Positions 28,862-38,904 of a stretch of 64,000 nucleotides of DNA are shown here, in pieces. Origin of the DNA: a virus; IMG/VR virus record IMGVR_UViG_3300033153_008203, positions 1-64,000 of that record. One strand, 5' to 3'. The translations under genes were made by a program, and so were the position numbers. Below the pieces are notes generated by a model. The model searched no databases. It was given only the letters and a program-made list of their open reading frames with translations, and was not told where the DNA came from. Within the stretch, counting starts at the first letter, position 1; every line of letters starts with the position of its first letter.

Positions 28862-30513
28862 ATGACTATTTCGAATTCAAATGCAAGAAAGGATTTGATA
28901 CTCTTAATCTAAGTGGAACAGAGTACAGTGACAGACTTGACTATGAAATGAAGTGTATCAAGAAGATGGGCTTCTCTGGCTACCTTCTTATAGTTCAGGA
29001 TCTTCTCAATTGGGCTACCCGTAACGACATATTGTGTGGGCCTGGAAGAGGGTCAGCAGCAGGAAGCCTAGTCTGCTATGTCCTTGGGATAACTAAGGCC
29101 GACCCTATAAGACACAACCTTCTATTTGAAAGATTTCTTAACCCTGACAGGATATCTATGCCTGATATAGACATGGACTTTGAAATCGACAGACGAGAAG
29201 AGGTTGTCGATTATGTAAAGACAGTGTACGGTGAAGACAAGGTTGCCAGAATCACAACGTTTAGCGCAATGAACTGTAAGGGCGCTATACGTGATGTTGG
29301 TAGAGCTATGGCTCTAGAGTACACAGAAGGTGATGCAATGGCTAAAGCTCTGAATGATGGTACAGTTCAAGAAAACATAGATAACAATCTAGATTTTATA
29401 GCTATCCTTGAGAAGGACGAAAGATTTGAAGAGGTTGCCAAACTTGCAGCAAGACTTGAAGGTAACATTAGACACAGTGGAATACATGCTGCTGGAGTCG
29501 TGATAGGAGACAGGCCTCTCAACGAATACATGCCTGTTTACACATCAAAGAAGACTGGTGACAACCTTACACAGTTTGCTATGAACGAGGTTGAGGAAGT
29601 AGGACTAATCAAGTTCGACTTTCTTGGACTCAAGAACCTTAGTATCGTACACTTGACTCAGAAATTAGTCAAAGAGAGATACGACATAACAATAGACCTT
29701 GACGAACTCACAAATACGTTAGACGACAAAAGAGTATACGAGTTGTTTGCCAATGGAGATACAACAAACGTGTTTCAGTTTGAGTCAGGAGGTATGAAAA
29801 AGTATCTCAAGAAGCTTAAGCCGACATGTTTTGAAGATATAAGCGCGATGAACAGCCTCTATAGACCTGGGCCACTTGAGAGTGGGATGCTAGATGATTT
29901 TATTGAAAGAAAAAATGATCCGTCACTGGTTGAATACCCACATGAATGTCTAGAGCCGGTCTTAAAGGATACATATGGGGTTATGCCTTACCAAGAACAG
30001 GTTATGAAAGTGTGCCAAGTGCTTGCTGGATATACGCTATCAGAAGCAGACAATGTTAGGAAATACATAGGCAAAAAGAAAGAAGACGCACTAAAAAAAG
30101 AACGTCCAAAATTTGTAAAAGGATGTACAAAAAATGGTATGCACAAAGATGATGCAGAACAACTTTTTGATGATATTGAGAGGTTTGGTCGCTATAGTTT
30201 CAACAAATGTTTAGTCCCAGAAACTACAGTAGTATTGGCAGATGGAACTGTATCTTCAATAGAAAAGATAAAGACATTAATGGATTCAGGCAAAACAGTT
30301 GATATCGAAAGCTACAATACCGATAATGACACGGTCTTTTCTGATAAATGTGTTGAAGTTATAGATTCAGGAGAACAGGAAGTATACGAGATTGAATTAT
30401 CAGACGGAAGCACAATTGAATGTACAATGCAGCACAAGTTTCTTTGTTCAGACAACAAGAAGCATGAACTACAAGAAATAATAAAAAAAGATTTAGAAAT
30501 ATTAGCCATTTAA
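28846..30513 (+). CDS. dnaE: DNA polymerase III alpha catalytic core fused to N-intein
   Basis: GPGRGSAAGS, FERFLNPDRISMPDIDMDF, GIHAAG, KFDFLGL, then YSFNK|CLVPET. Confidence 0.95.
   Translation: MSKELDDYFEFKCKKGFDTLNLSGTEYSDRLDYEMKCIKKMGFSGYLLIVQDLLNWATRNDILCGPGRGSAAGSLVCYVLGITKADPIRHNLLFERFLNPDRISMPDIDMDFEIDRREEVVDYVKTVYGEDKVARITTFSAMNCKGAIRDVGRAMALEYTEGDAMAKALNDGTVQENIDNNLDFIAILEKDERFEEVAKLAARLEGNIRHSGIHAAGVVIGDRPLNEYMPVYTSKKTGDNLTQFAMNEVEEVGLIKFDFLGLKNLSIVHLTQKLVKERYDITIDLDELTNTLDDKRVYELFANGDTTNVFQFESGGMKKYLKKLKPTCFEDISAMNSLYRPGPLESGMLDDFIERKNDPSLVEYPHECLEPVLKDTYGVMPYQEQVMKVCQVLAGYTLSEADNVRKYIGKKKEDALKKERPKFVKGCTKNGMHKDDAEQLFDDIERFGRYSFNKCLVPETTVVLADGTVSSIEKIKTLMDSGKTVDIESYNTDNDTVFSDKCVEVIDSGEQEVYEIELSDGSTIECTMQHKFLCSDNKKHELQEIIKKDLEILAI
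30208..30510 (+). mobile_element. split intein N-fragment (101 aa)
   Basis: Block A CLVPETTV; block B IECTMQHKF (TxxH); acidic. Confidence 0.9.
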
Positions 30514-30524
30514 AAACACTATGC

Positions 30525-30537
30525 GTTTAATACTATA
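30525..30537 (+). promoter_or_regulatory. GTTTAATACTATA motif
   Basis: Recurrent motif upstream of the LAGLIDADG gene. Confidence 0.6.
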
Positions 30538-30588
30538 ACATGCACATGAATACGCATGTGAAAAAAACACACTAAAGGAGAACAAAAA

Positions 30589-31437
30589 ATGGCTAACACT
30601 GGAAATGCATGGAACAAACGGATAACAACTGAAGACGAAAAATTTATTGTTGATGAGTATAAGGCAGGCAAGTCATCAGGAGAGATCTTAAAGTCTTTCA
30701 AAGGAAAGTTTAAAACAGGTAAAACTATACTAGATGTTCTTAGAAAATATGATGTAAAAAGACGAGATGGGATTACAGACTATGTTAAGCTTGACCATTT
30801 TTATTTCTCTGACATAGATACAAAAGAGAAAGCGTATTTATTAGGGTTTATTATAGCAGATGGATGGGTACATTCTAAAAGAAACCAAGTTGGGATATCA
30901 TGTCAAGATAAGCATATCATAGAGTTGGCTAAAAAAGAATGGGAAACCTCAAATAAAATAGTTGAAATAATAAAGAAAAAACCAATTATCGGAGATGATG
31001 GCCAAGAATATTTTTCTAAAAAACCAATGCATCAGCTTATAGTTCATTCAAAAAAAATGATAGACGACTTAGCTATGCTTGGAATAGTTGACAGAAAATC
31101 ATTAATTACTACTTTGCCATTGTTGAACAGAGATTTACAAGGTGACATGATGAGAGGCATAATAGATGGAGATGGCACAATATATATTCATTCCAACGGG
31201 AAAGATCCTTGTATAAGATTTTTAGGCAGCCATTACTTAATGGCACAAATATCTCTGTTCTTACATCTAGAGTTAGGTTTAGCATATAGGATTCCAATGA
31301 TTAAAGGCAACATATCAGCCGTAGAATGGACTATAAAAAATGAAGTTATAGTTTTGGCAAAATATCTATACGAAGACTCAACTGAAAACACACGTTTTAG
31401 GAGAAAATATGAGAAGATTGAAAGTCTTATCTGTTAA
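30589..31437 (+). mobile_element. free-standing LAGLIDADG homing endonuclease between the split-intein halves
   Basis: YLLGFIIADG and MMRGIIDGDG motifs. Confidence 0.9.
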
Positions 31438-31525
31438 GCCAAAAGGAACAAGGCAAACATATAATTTGCATATGCAAAGCAAGTATCATAATTTCGTACT
31501 TGGGAATGGAATAGTTTCTGGCAAC
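31409..31525 (+). mobile_element. split intein C-fragment (39 aa)
   Basis: Blocks F/G ending Gly-Asn, +1 Ser; basic. Confidence 0.9.
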
Positions 31526-32614
31526 TCTCACTCAGCTGCTTACAGCATCATAGCTTACTGGACTGCATGGCTTAAAGTATATTACCCGCTAGAATATATG
31601 GCTGCTGTATTAACATATGAAATAGATGACACTGAGAGTCTGTTCAAGTATACAAATGAAGCCAAGAGAATGGGAATAGAGTTCTTGCCTCCAGATATAA
31701 ACAAGAGCAAGTCATCATTTTCTATAGAGGACAATAAGATAAGGTATGGCTTTGCAGCACTAGAAACCGTTGGAGGAGATACTGGACAAGAGATAGTTGA
31801 GAAGAGAGACAAACATGGAGACTACACTACTATAAGAGGACTGGTAGAGCTGACAAACTCTAAGAAGGTTACAAGTCAAGTAATAGAAACGCTTATTAAG
31901 TCGGGCGCTATGGACTCAGTAGGACACGAAAGATGGTACATGCTTAAGCTTATAGAGCCGGCAGTAATCTTTAAGAAAAAGAAAGCAGCAAAGTTTCAGA
32001 AGAATCAACTTGCATTATTTGATAGGAAGTTAGAGCTTGACGATTTTGAGGTAGATCGTACTGACAGGCCTACAAAAGCAGACAGAGATAGGTATGAGAC
32101 AGAGGCACTAGGATTCTATTTGTTTGATAATCCGCTTAGAGACCATGTTGAGCTTATAAATCAGAGCACAACCCACTCTATATATCAGGTAAAAAACAAT
32201 GAAGTATCAAAGGAGGACAAAAATAGTGTAGTTGTAGCAGGATACATAGGCTCAGTTAAGAAGTTAAAACGTAGGAGTGATGGTGCACCAATGGCATTCT
32301 TAGAACTAAGCGATGGCCTTAATACCGTAGAAATATGTATATTTACTAGGGAATACAAAAAGCTTGAACATGTTGCAGTCAAGAATGAACTCGTAATGTT
32401 TCAAGGTCAGTTCAAAGAGTCTGAAGAAGGCGGACAAGTTGTAGCAAAAGGAGCCACTCTTTTGGATAGTCTACCAAAGCTTAAAGATGACGAAGGATTC
32501 TTTTATTTTACCACTGAGAGTGGACATAAAATACTATTAGAAGCTAAAGAGAAGATAGGATTTTTACATAAATTAACACAAACATTTAACAATTGCACAG
32601 AAGGGAGAAAATAA
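31409..32614 (+). CDS. dnaE: C-intein plus DNA polymerase III alpha C-terminal part (HhH, OB fold)
   Basis: TYNL..HNFVLGNGIVSGN|SHSAAYS, PPDINKS, IRYG, ETEALGFY, MAFLELSD. Confidence 0.93.
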   Translation: MRRLKVLSVKPKGTRQTYNLHMQSKYHNFVLGNGIVSGNSHSAAYSIIAYWTAWLKVYYPLEYMAAVLTYEIDDTESLFKYTNEAKRMGIEFLPPDINKSKSSFSIEDNKIRYGFAALETVGGDTGQEIVEKRDKHGDYTTIRGLVELTNSKKVTSQVIETLIKSGAMDSVGHERWYMLKLIEPAVIFKKKKAAKFQKNQLALFDRKLELDDFEVDRTDRPTKADRDRYETEALGFYLFDNPLRDHVELINQSTTHSIYQVKNNEVSKEDKNSVVVAGYIGSVKKLKRRSDGAPMAFLELSDGLNTVEICIFTREYKKLEHVAVKNELVMFQGQFKESEEGGQVVAKGATLLDSLPKLKDDEGFFYFTTESGHKILLEAKEKIGFLHKLTQTFNNCTEGRK

Positions 32615-32622
32615 TAGGGAAA

Positions 32623-32826
32623 ATGAAGATAGTATCTGATGGTACGCCTGTAGGTACATATATTTATGATGAGAATGGCAACATAATGAGCAATGTTTTT
32701 CGTGTAGAGCTTGACTTTGAAGTAGACGACATAGTTGTTGATGCAAAACTTACTGTTAGAGATATAGAATTAGAGTTAAATCTTGATAAAGAAAATGTAA
32801 CTATAGAGAAAGAGGAGAGAAAATAA
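32623..32826 (+). CDS. hypothetical protein
   Basis: MKIVSDGTP..., operon packing. Confidence 0.6.
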   Translation: MKIVSDGTPVGTYIYDENGNIMSNVFRVELDFEVDDIVVDAKLTVRDIELELNLDKENVTIEKEERK

Positions 32827-34055
32827 TGGCAAGAAATGATTGGAGCTTAGAAGAGATTGGATTGCTTATAGATAATTTCACTAAGCAAAAAGATGAGATT
32901 GGAAAAATATTGCTAGAGAATGGATTCGATAGAACTATGGAAGCAATAAAAACTAAAAAAAGGGATCTCAAAAGACGTGGAGAAGTAGCTGGATCTAGAG
33001 ATGAGCGAGAGCCAGATGGTATGGAGCCAATAGGTTCTCTAGGTGTAGAGGCTGTTGAGTACGTAGGTGGCAAAGAAGAAAATGAAGGCGCTAGTGGGAG
33101 GGTTGCACCGGGATCAGGTGGAGCAGGATTTTTTCCATCGGCAACAAAAAGAGATATTTACGGAAATTATAAATCCATGATGGAGGAACTTATAGCAGAA
33201 ACTAGAGCTTCTAGTGTGGTTGTAGCTGATGGTTCACCTGTTGAGAGTGAAAATGAATCGCTTGTAATTATGTTAAGCGATTTACATATTGGCAAAAATA
33301 TCAAGGACGAATGTGGTGTTGAACGATACAATGTTGAAATCGCTCTTGAAAGAATAGAACAAATTGGCACCGGAATCAAGAGAGTCATAGGACATGTGAA
33401 AAAAGGTGCAAGGGTTGATGAAGTAGTCGTATGCATGATAGGTGACATGCTAGAAGGCGGAGGAGATATATATAAAACGCAAGCCCATCATCTAGATGAC
33501 CATGTTGCAGGCCAGCTAAAAGCAGCTACAAGATCGCTATGGAAATTAATCACAGATCTTGCAGACATAGAAGGGATTGAAAAAGTTCGTGTGGCTACAG
33601 TGCGCGGTAATCATGGCAGATTATCTGACTTTACTCACGAAGACAGTAATATAGATAACTTGCTTTATGATAACTTGGAATTCGCTGCAACATTACATGG
33701 TGATGAAAAAATTTCAGTTACTACTAAGTATGCACCTTATCATATTGTGACTGTAAAAGGCCATAGGCTACTATTAAGGCATGAAGCACCACTAACTTGT
33801 GATACATCTGCTGCTAGAGCTAAACTTGGTGGTTGGTGTGAAATTCATGGCCCAATTTCAGCAATTTTGTCAGGCCATTATCACCATACTCAGATCTCAA
33901 CTTATGGTGACAAGTATATTTTGAGAAACTCTAGTCTCTGTGGACCGGACGATTTGAGCGAGAAAATGGGGGTTCATGCTAAACCTGAACAAATAGTTTT
34001 TGGAATATCCCAAAAAAGAATGCCTACATATATTTATCCAGTTACACTTGCATAG
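32826..34055 (+). CDS. calcineurin-like metallophosphoesterase with N-terminal Myb/HTH-like region
   Basis: SDLHIG, GDMLEG, GNHGR, SGHYH. Confidence 0.85.
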   Translation: MARNDWSLEEIGLLIDNFTKQKDEIGKILLENGFDRTMEAIKTKKRDLKRRGEVAGSRDEREPDGMEPIGSLGVEAVEYVGGKEENEGASGRVAPGSGGAGFFPSATKRDIYGNYKSMMEELIAETRASSVVVADGSPVESENESLVIMLSDLHIGKNIKDECGVERYNVEIALERIEQIGTGIKRVIGHVKKGARVDEVVVCMIGDMLEGGGDIYKTQAHHLDDHVAGQLKAATRSLWKLITDLADIEGIEKVRVATVRGNHGRLSDFTHEDSNIDNLLYDNLEFAATLHGDEKISVTTKYAPYHIVTVKGHRLLLRHEAPLTCDTSAARAKLGGWCEIHGPISAILSGHYHHTQISTYGDKYILRNSSLCGPDDLSEKMGVHAKPEQIVFGISQKRMPTYIYPVTLA

Positions 34056-35006
34056 AAATCTCGAATTCTTCTAGTATGATTAGCGCAGACGCTTCAATAG
34101 ATGAAAGGAACCACTCTGTACGTCCATCACCACTTTTTGGACTTGTACTTTTTCTTTGAAGCGTTTGTGCATTTTTATTTCTAAAGCTGATGCTAAACCA
34201 TATGTAGTTGAGACAACTTTAATGACACTCGTCAATCCAAACTGATTTTTAATCTTCTTGATACGCTTGTCTAAATTAGTGCTGATACCTATCTTTACGA
34301 TACCTAAAGAAGCATTGGCTACAAGATAAATATCGCATGGTGTCGTATCGTTATTTTGCCTAAGCCTTGCATAGTGTTCTCTTAGGCTATACTTGTCTTC
34401 TCAGAAGCTCTTAGTTGTATATCTGGATTAGCAGCCAATGTGGCCTTAGTTTTTCTGACAATCCGTTCTATTAGGCCAGGAGTTGTACACTTAGTTTCTA
34501 CAGATTTCTTGGCTCTATTCTTTGCTATATCAGGATTTGCTCTAAGTGTTTGACTATTCTTTTTACCACCTTCTATTCTGATATTTGGATTTACTGTTAA
34601 AGTCTTTATAAGTTTTTTATTAATCTCTACTTGTATATGAGGATTGTCTGCCATTGTTTTTTTACGCTTAATGACAGCTTCTTTTTTTATAGAAGGATCG
34701 TTTTTGCAAGTTTCAGAATGTTTAGCACCTCTTTGCTTGCATAGTTCTGGATTATTATTGGCACATGCAATAGAACAGAATATCTGATAGCCTCTAGTCA
34801 TACTGAGAAGTATAGCTGGATCTCCACAAGTTGGACAATAAATAATATCAGGATTAATATATTTAACATAGTAATCAGTGACACTTGTATTGTGAATTTT
34901 ATTCACATGTATCCCCAGTCCATGTGAATTTTTAAACTCTCGGTCACACAGCCGACATTTAGTAAGATTGTCTTTTTGATTTTTCTTTTGAGGTAGGTAT
35001 TGGCAT
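34042..35006 (-). pseudogene. degenerate homing-endonuclease-like gene (C2H2 finger, repeats, T5orf172/GIY-YIG-like domain) with three frameshifts
   Basis: Pieces CRLCDREF..HVNKIH, CPTC..FCS..C, IYLV..VKIGISTN..R and GRTEWF are separated by frameshifts. Confidence 0.75.
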
Positions 35007-35111
35007 GATTGTCTCCTAGTGTATAATAAGATTTAAGAGGGACAGCAGAATCCCTTATGGGCTCCGTTCTGTTTCCTGTCTGCGTCAACAGATAGGATTA
35101 TCTCTCATTTC

Positions 35112-35124
35112 TATAATATTAAAC
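35112..35124 (-). promoter_or_regulatory. GTTTAATATTATA motif
   Basis: Exact copy of the 24048-24060 motif. Confidence 0.6.
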
Positions 35125-35181
35125 GATCTATGTCTATTATAAGCTGATTTAATTTAAAAAGAACTCCCGCCAAAATAATGC

Positions 35182-35294
35182 TTGACAAAACAGAGATTCC
35201 TCGCTATACTATATAAATAATCACCAAGCAATCACATATAAAAAAACAATAACTTAAGATTTTACTTGACAAAAACGAAATTCCTCGCTATAAT
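35182..35294 (+). promoter_or_regulatory. tandem consensus sigma70 promoters
   Basis: TTGACA 35182/TATACT 35205 and TTGACA 35266/TATAAT 35289, 17-bp spacers. Confidence 0.9.
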
Positions 35295-35327
35295 ATAAAA
35301 ACAATCAAACGAAACCAAACAAGGAGA

Positions 35328-35585
35328 ATGAACATGGCATTTGCAAAGAAAGGAAAAGCACGGATAGAAAAAATAGTTGGATCATTTCAAAAACATATTG
35401 ATGAACTTGCACTAGGCGTTCAGGAGGTACAAGATGAGATCTCTGGTAATGAGGGTACGCTCACCAGAGCAAGGCAAGTATTTGAGGCGTTAGAGACAAA
35501 CACTAGAGATAAAAACGGGGTGCTTGAGGATAGCAAAGACCAAGCGAATAAGATCAAGACAAACATAGAAGCACTTCTTAAGTAG
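35328..35585 (+). CDS. coiled-coil protein
   Basis: ggag RBS; heptad pattern. Confidence 0.65.
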   Translation: MNMAFAKKGKARIEKIVGSFQKHIDELALGVQEVQDEISGNEGTLTRARQVFEALETNTRDKNGVLEDSKDQANKIKTNIEALLK

Positions 35586-35593
35586 GAGGATAT

Positions 35594-36013
35594 ATGACAA
35601 AAGTGATCGATTTTAAGACAGGACAAACAATAGAAGAGGAGACAGAAGAAATGGAAAAGAAAAAACCAACAATGAAAGAAATGGAAGCAAGGGTTAAGCA
35701 ATTAGAAACAATAGTTGGTCAATTCCAAGGGGCATTACAGGGCATAAATGGTGAGCTTTTCCAGAACAACGCAAACGCAATTTCGTTGTTTCGTGCTCTC
35801 GAAGAGAAAGGCATAATCGGAGAAGACGACATCAAGGAATCATGGCAGAAGCACATCGTGGAACCATACGAGCAAGGACAAGAAGGTGAAGGAGAAGCAG
35901 CAAACGACACTATTCGTGGACGGAGCAAAGACGCAGTACACCTTGATGAGGCAAACTATAACGACACTGCAACAGAGCCTGTAACAACAGATGAAGAGTC
36001 CCATGAAGGATAA
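35594..36013 (+). CDS. hypothetical acidic protein
   Basis: ggagg RBS. Confidence 0.65.
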   Translation: MTKVIDFKTGQTIEEETEEMEKKKPTMKEMEARVKQLETIVGQFQGALQGINGELFQNNANAISLFRALEEKGIIGEDDIKESWQKHIVEPYEQGQEGEGEAANDTIRGRSKDAVHLDEANYNDTATEPVTTDEESHEG

Positions 36014-36176
36014 AGATCCTATCATAAGCAATAAAGGGTTTTGCGATGAAGATTGTCCATTTTATCATCTTCGTTTTGAAGACCTTGGAAGCACATGCAC
36101 TAGAGACAACAAAAACATTGAACACGATAGTAGCTGTAATGGCGCATGGATACCACACTGTAAGACAGAGGCGTAA
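35991..36176 (+). CDS. small Cys-rich protein
   Basis: CDEDCPF..C..C..HC. Confidence 0.5.
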   Translation: MKSPMKDKDPIISNKGFCDEDCPFYHLRFEDLGSTCTRDNKNIEHDSSCNGAWIPHCKTEA

Positions 36177-36179
36177 ACT

Positions 36180-38642
36180 ATGAATAGAGAACTGTTTCGT
36201 GAAGCAATCGAAAAAATAAGAGTACATCTACCCGAGTACCTTGAAGAGCAAGGCATAGACCCTAACTTCAACTTTACATGTATTCATCCTGACCACAATG
36301 ATGGCAATCCATCAATGGGATTACCAGGAGAGAAGGTAAACTTCAACTGTCTTGGCTGCGGAGCAACTGGAGATATATTTACAGCAGCACATTACCTTGA
36401 AGACAAACCTCTACTTGGACCTGAATGGATAATAGAAAATGTAAAGTATCTGGGCGACAAATACGGGATAGAGATGCCTGAGTACGATCTATCCGAAACA
36501 GATCTCTATGAAATAGACACATACAAGGCATACAAGTTAGCATCAGACTACATCGCCAGCAGAGAGAACGGTAACTATGAGCTCTTCGATAAAGAAATGG
36601 AAAGGCGAAAATGGAACCCTGAATTGCTGACTGAGTTACTTATTGGAACTGTATCTCATAACAAGTATAAAGAGTACATGAAGTCTCTTGGATTCACAGT
36701 AAAATTCTTAGGAGAAATAGATCTTATAAGAAAAGACCTCTTCAATGATGATCATATGGTATTTACCGTGTGTGATGAGTATGGAAGGCCATGTGGATTT
36801 GCAGCAAGAAATCTTACTTATGTTAAAGGTGATAAAAGTAGTGGAATAAAATATGTTAACCAAAAGACAACTGGCGCCAAATGCAATATTTATAAAAAAG
36901 GATCTAGGCTCTATGGTTTTCATCGTGCAACCAAAAACTCTCCACCCCTGTATATATTTGAAGGCTATGCAGATGTTATCACAGCCATACATAATGGCAT
37001 CAAAAACACTTGTTGCATCGGCGGCACAGCTTTTACAACAGACCATGTGATAGCTCTCAAAGAAGCTAAGCAGTACGATATAGTTCTGGCACTAGACTCT
37101 GATGAAGCAGGACAAAATAAAACACAGAAGATTCTAGATGAAAAGCTAGCCGGTCATAGAGATATGAAGATAAGGCTTATCAATTTTCCAGAAGGACAAG
37201 ATCCTGATGACTTCATAAGAGACAATGGAGCATCAGAATTCCACGAGCTAACAAAGTATGATGCCTTTGCGTGGAGGCTTGAAAGGTATGACGACTTAGT
37301 AGAAGACCCTCAAGATATATGTGACCAGATGATTCCTTTTATTGTCAATGAACCTAATCATTGCACTAAAGAGATCATGGTCAATACGCTTAGTATGCAC
37401 ACAGGGGTCAGCAACAAGTCCATACAGAACGAGCTTAACAGGCTTGACAATGTTCATGATGCAGAGCTACAACAAGAGAAAAGTCTTATAATCGACAAGA
37501 TGAATAAGGAACTCAGGCGTGATCCTGATAATGCAGCACACATCATGAGTATGGCGCTCAACAATATCGACAATGTTAGTAAGGTATACAACCTAGATAA
37601 CTTTAGTAAGGAAAGCTGGACAGAAACTATCAGGTCTAATAAAGAGAAAGAGGAAACAGAAAGCGACCAAGACCCTGGGTTTAAACTAGACGGCTTACCA
37701 TTACTTGAAAAAGTATTAAAAGGTAACTGGAGAGAGGATGTCTTCTTATGTATAGGCGGTAGCCCTAACACAGGCAAGACAGCAATCATGGCATCACTAG
37801 CATATAACATAGCAGCATACAATGATGATGTTTGCGTTATCTTTCATACGATAGATGACAGTGCAGGGCAGTTTCTACCAAGGCTTGTATGTATAGCTAA
37901 TGATGACCCTACTCTAGAAATTAACCATGTAATGAATCCTGTGTATTATAAGCGTCCTGATCTGCTTGATAAAAGAAGCTTTGGATATCAGAAAATAGAT
38001 CAGCTTGCACAAGATGGAAAGCTTATAGTTAAGGATGCGTCAGCAGGTGGGTCATTAGCATATGGAGAAAGCCTTGTTAAGTATTATCAGGACAAGTATC
38101 CTAATAGGCAGATAGTGTATTTTCTTGACAACTTTCATAAGCTTAACGAAGCATCTGGTATGAGTGAGAAGGACGAGAGGTTAAAAATTAAATCATTCTC
38201 TCATTATGTTAAAAATAATATCGCCGTCAAATACCATATACCTGTGATAGCTACAGTTGAGTACACTAAACTTGAGCCCACAAAGAGACCTACTAACAAC
38301 AACGTTGCTGAGTCTGTCTCGATAGAGTACGACTGTAACCTCATGTGTCACCTATACAATGATATGCATGCACAGGGAGCAGCAGCAAAACTGTACCATA
38401 GAACAATAGTAGATGGAGAAGAAGTAAGGCTACCAAGGATAGAAATGAGTATAGGAAAGAATAAGATCACGTCCTTTAAAGACAAGATGTATTTCGATTT
38501 TTATCCTGCAAGCTCCATGTATAGGTGCTGTGACAGAAGCGTTGCTGAAGATGAATTAAGCAGTGCAGAGCAAGTATCACGACAGAGTTTCGATAATTCA
38601 AAACGAGCCACTCCTGGTGGCAGAATGGTAGGAGTAAAATAA
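36180..38642 (+). CDS. DnaG-type primase fused to DnaB-like helicase
   Basis: CHC2 finger (CIHPDH..CLGC), GFAAR, KYVN, Toprim FEGYAD/LDSDEAG/DPDDF; Walker A GGSPNTGKT; FLDNFH, IEYDCN. Confidence 0.92.
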   Translation: MNRELFREAIEKIRVHLPEYLEEQGIDPNFNFTCIHPDHNDGNPSMGLPGEKVNFNCLGCGATGDIFTAAHYLEDKPLLGPEWIIENVKYLGDKYGIEMPEYDLSETDLYEIDTYKAYKLASDYIASRENGNYELFDKEMERRKWNPELLTELLIGTVSHNKYKEYMKSLGFTVKFLGEIDLIRKDLFNDDHMVFTVCDEYGRPCGFAARNLTYVKGDKSSGIKYVNQKTTGAKCNIYKKGSRLYGFHRATKNSPPLYIFEGYADVITAIHNGIKNTCCIGGTAFTTDHVIALKEAKQYDIVLALDSDEAGQNKTQKILDEKLAGHRDMKIRLINFPEGQDPDDFIRDNGASEFHELTKYDAFAWRLERYDDLVEDPQDICDQMIPFIVNEPNHCTKEIMVNTLSMHTGVSNKSIQNELNRLDNVHDAELQQEKSLIIDKMNKELRRDPDNAAHIMSMALNNIDNVSKVYNLDNFSKESWTETIRSNKEKEETESDQDPGFKLDGLPLLEKVLKGNWREDVFLCIGGSPNTGKTAIMASLAYNIAAYNDDVCVIFHTIDDSAGQFLPRLVCIANDDPTLEINHVMNPVYYKRPDLLDKRSFGYQKIDQLAQDGKLIVKDASAGGSLAYGESLVKYYQDKYPNRQIVYFLDNFHKLNEASGMSEKDERLKIKSFSHYVKNNIAVKYHIPVIATVEYTKLEPTKRPTNNNVAESVSIEYDCNLMCHLYNDMHAQGAAAKLYHRTIVDGEEVRLPRIEMSIGKNKITSFKDKMYFDFYPASSMYRCCDRSVAEDELSSAEQVSRQSFDNSKRATPGGRMVGVK

Positions 38643-38854
38643 TGCCGATATTCGAATTTTCTTGTACGAAGTGCGGATTTGTTACCGAAAAGATAGTCCA
38701 ACTTAATAGTGCAAACGAAGAAGAGTATACCACAGTAGTAGAACCGTGCCCTAACTGTGACAATAATACGTTTAATAAGATTATGAGTAGTTCAAGTTTT
38801 CGCTTAGAAGGCGGAGGATGGGCATCTCAGGGCTATCAGAAAAAGAAAAGCTAA
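38642..38854 (+). CDS. FmdB-family zinc-ribbon protein
   Basis: MPIFEFSCTKCG...CPNC...FRLEGGGW. Confidence 0.88.
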   Translation: MPIFEFSCTKCGFVTEKIVQLNSANEEEYTTVVEPCPNCDNNTFNKIMSSSSFRLEGGGWASQGYQKKKS

Positions 38855-38904
38855 TATTTCGGCGGGAACATTTTTAAAAAAATAAAGCAACAAAGGAGGA
38901 CTAA

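Noticed and set aside
35060-35100. Hammerhead ribozyme (CTGTTGA...GAAAC on the - strand)
   Set aside because: The core deviates from CUGANGA and the flanking stems do not fit the hammerhead topology.
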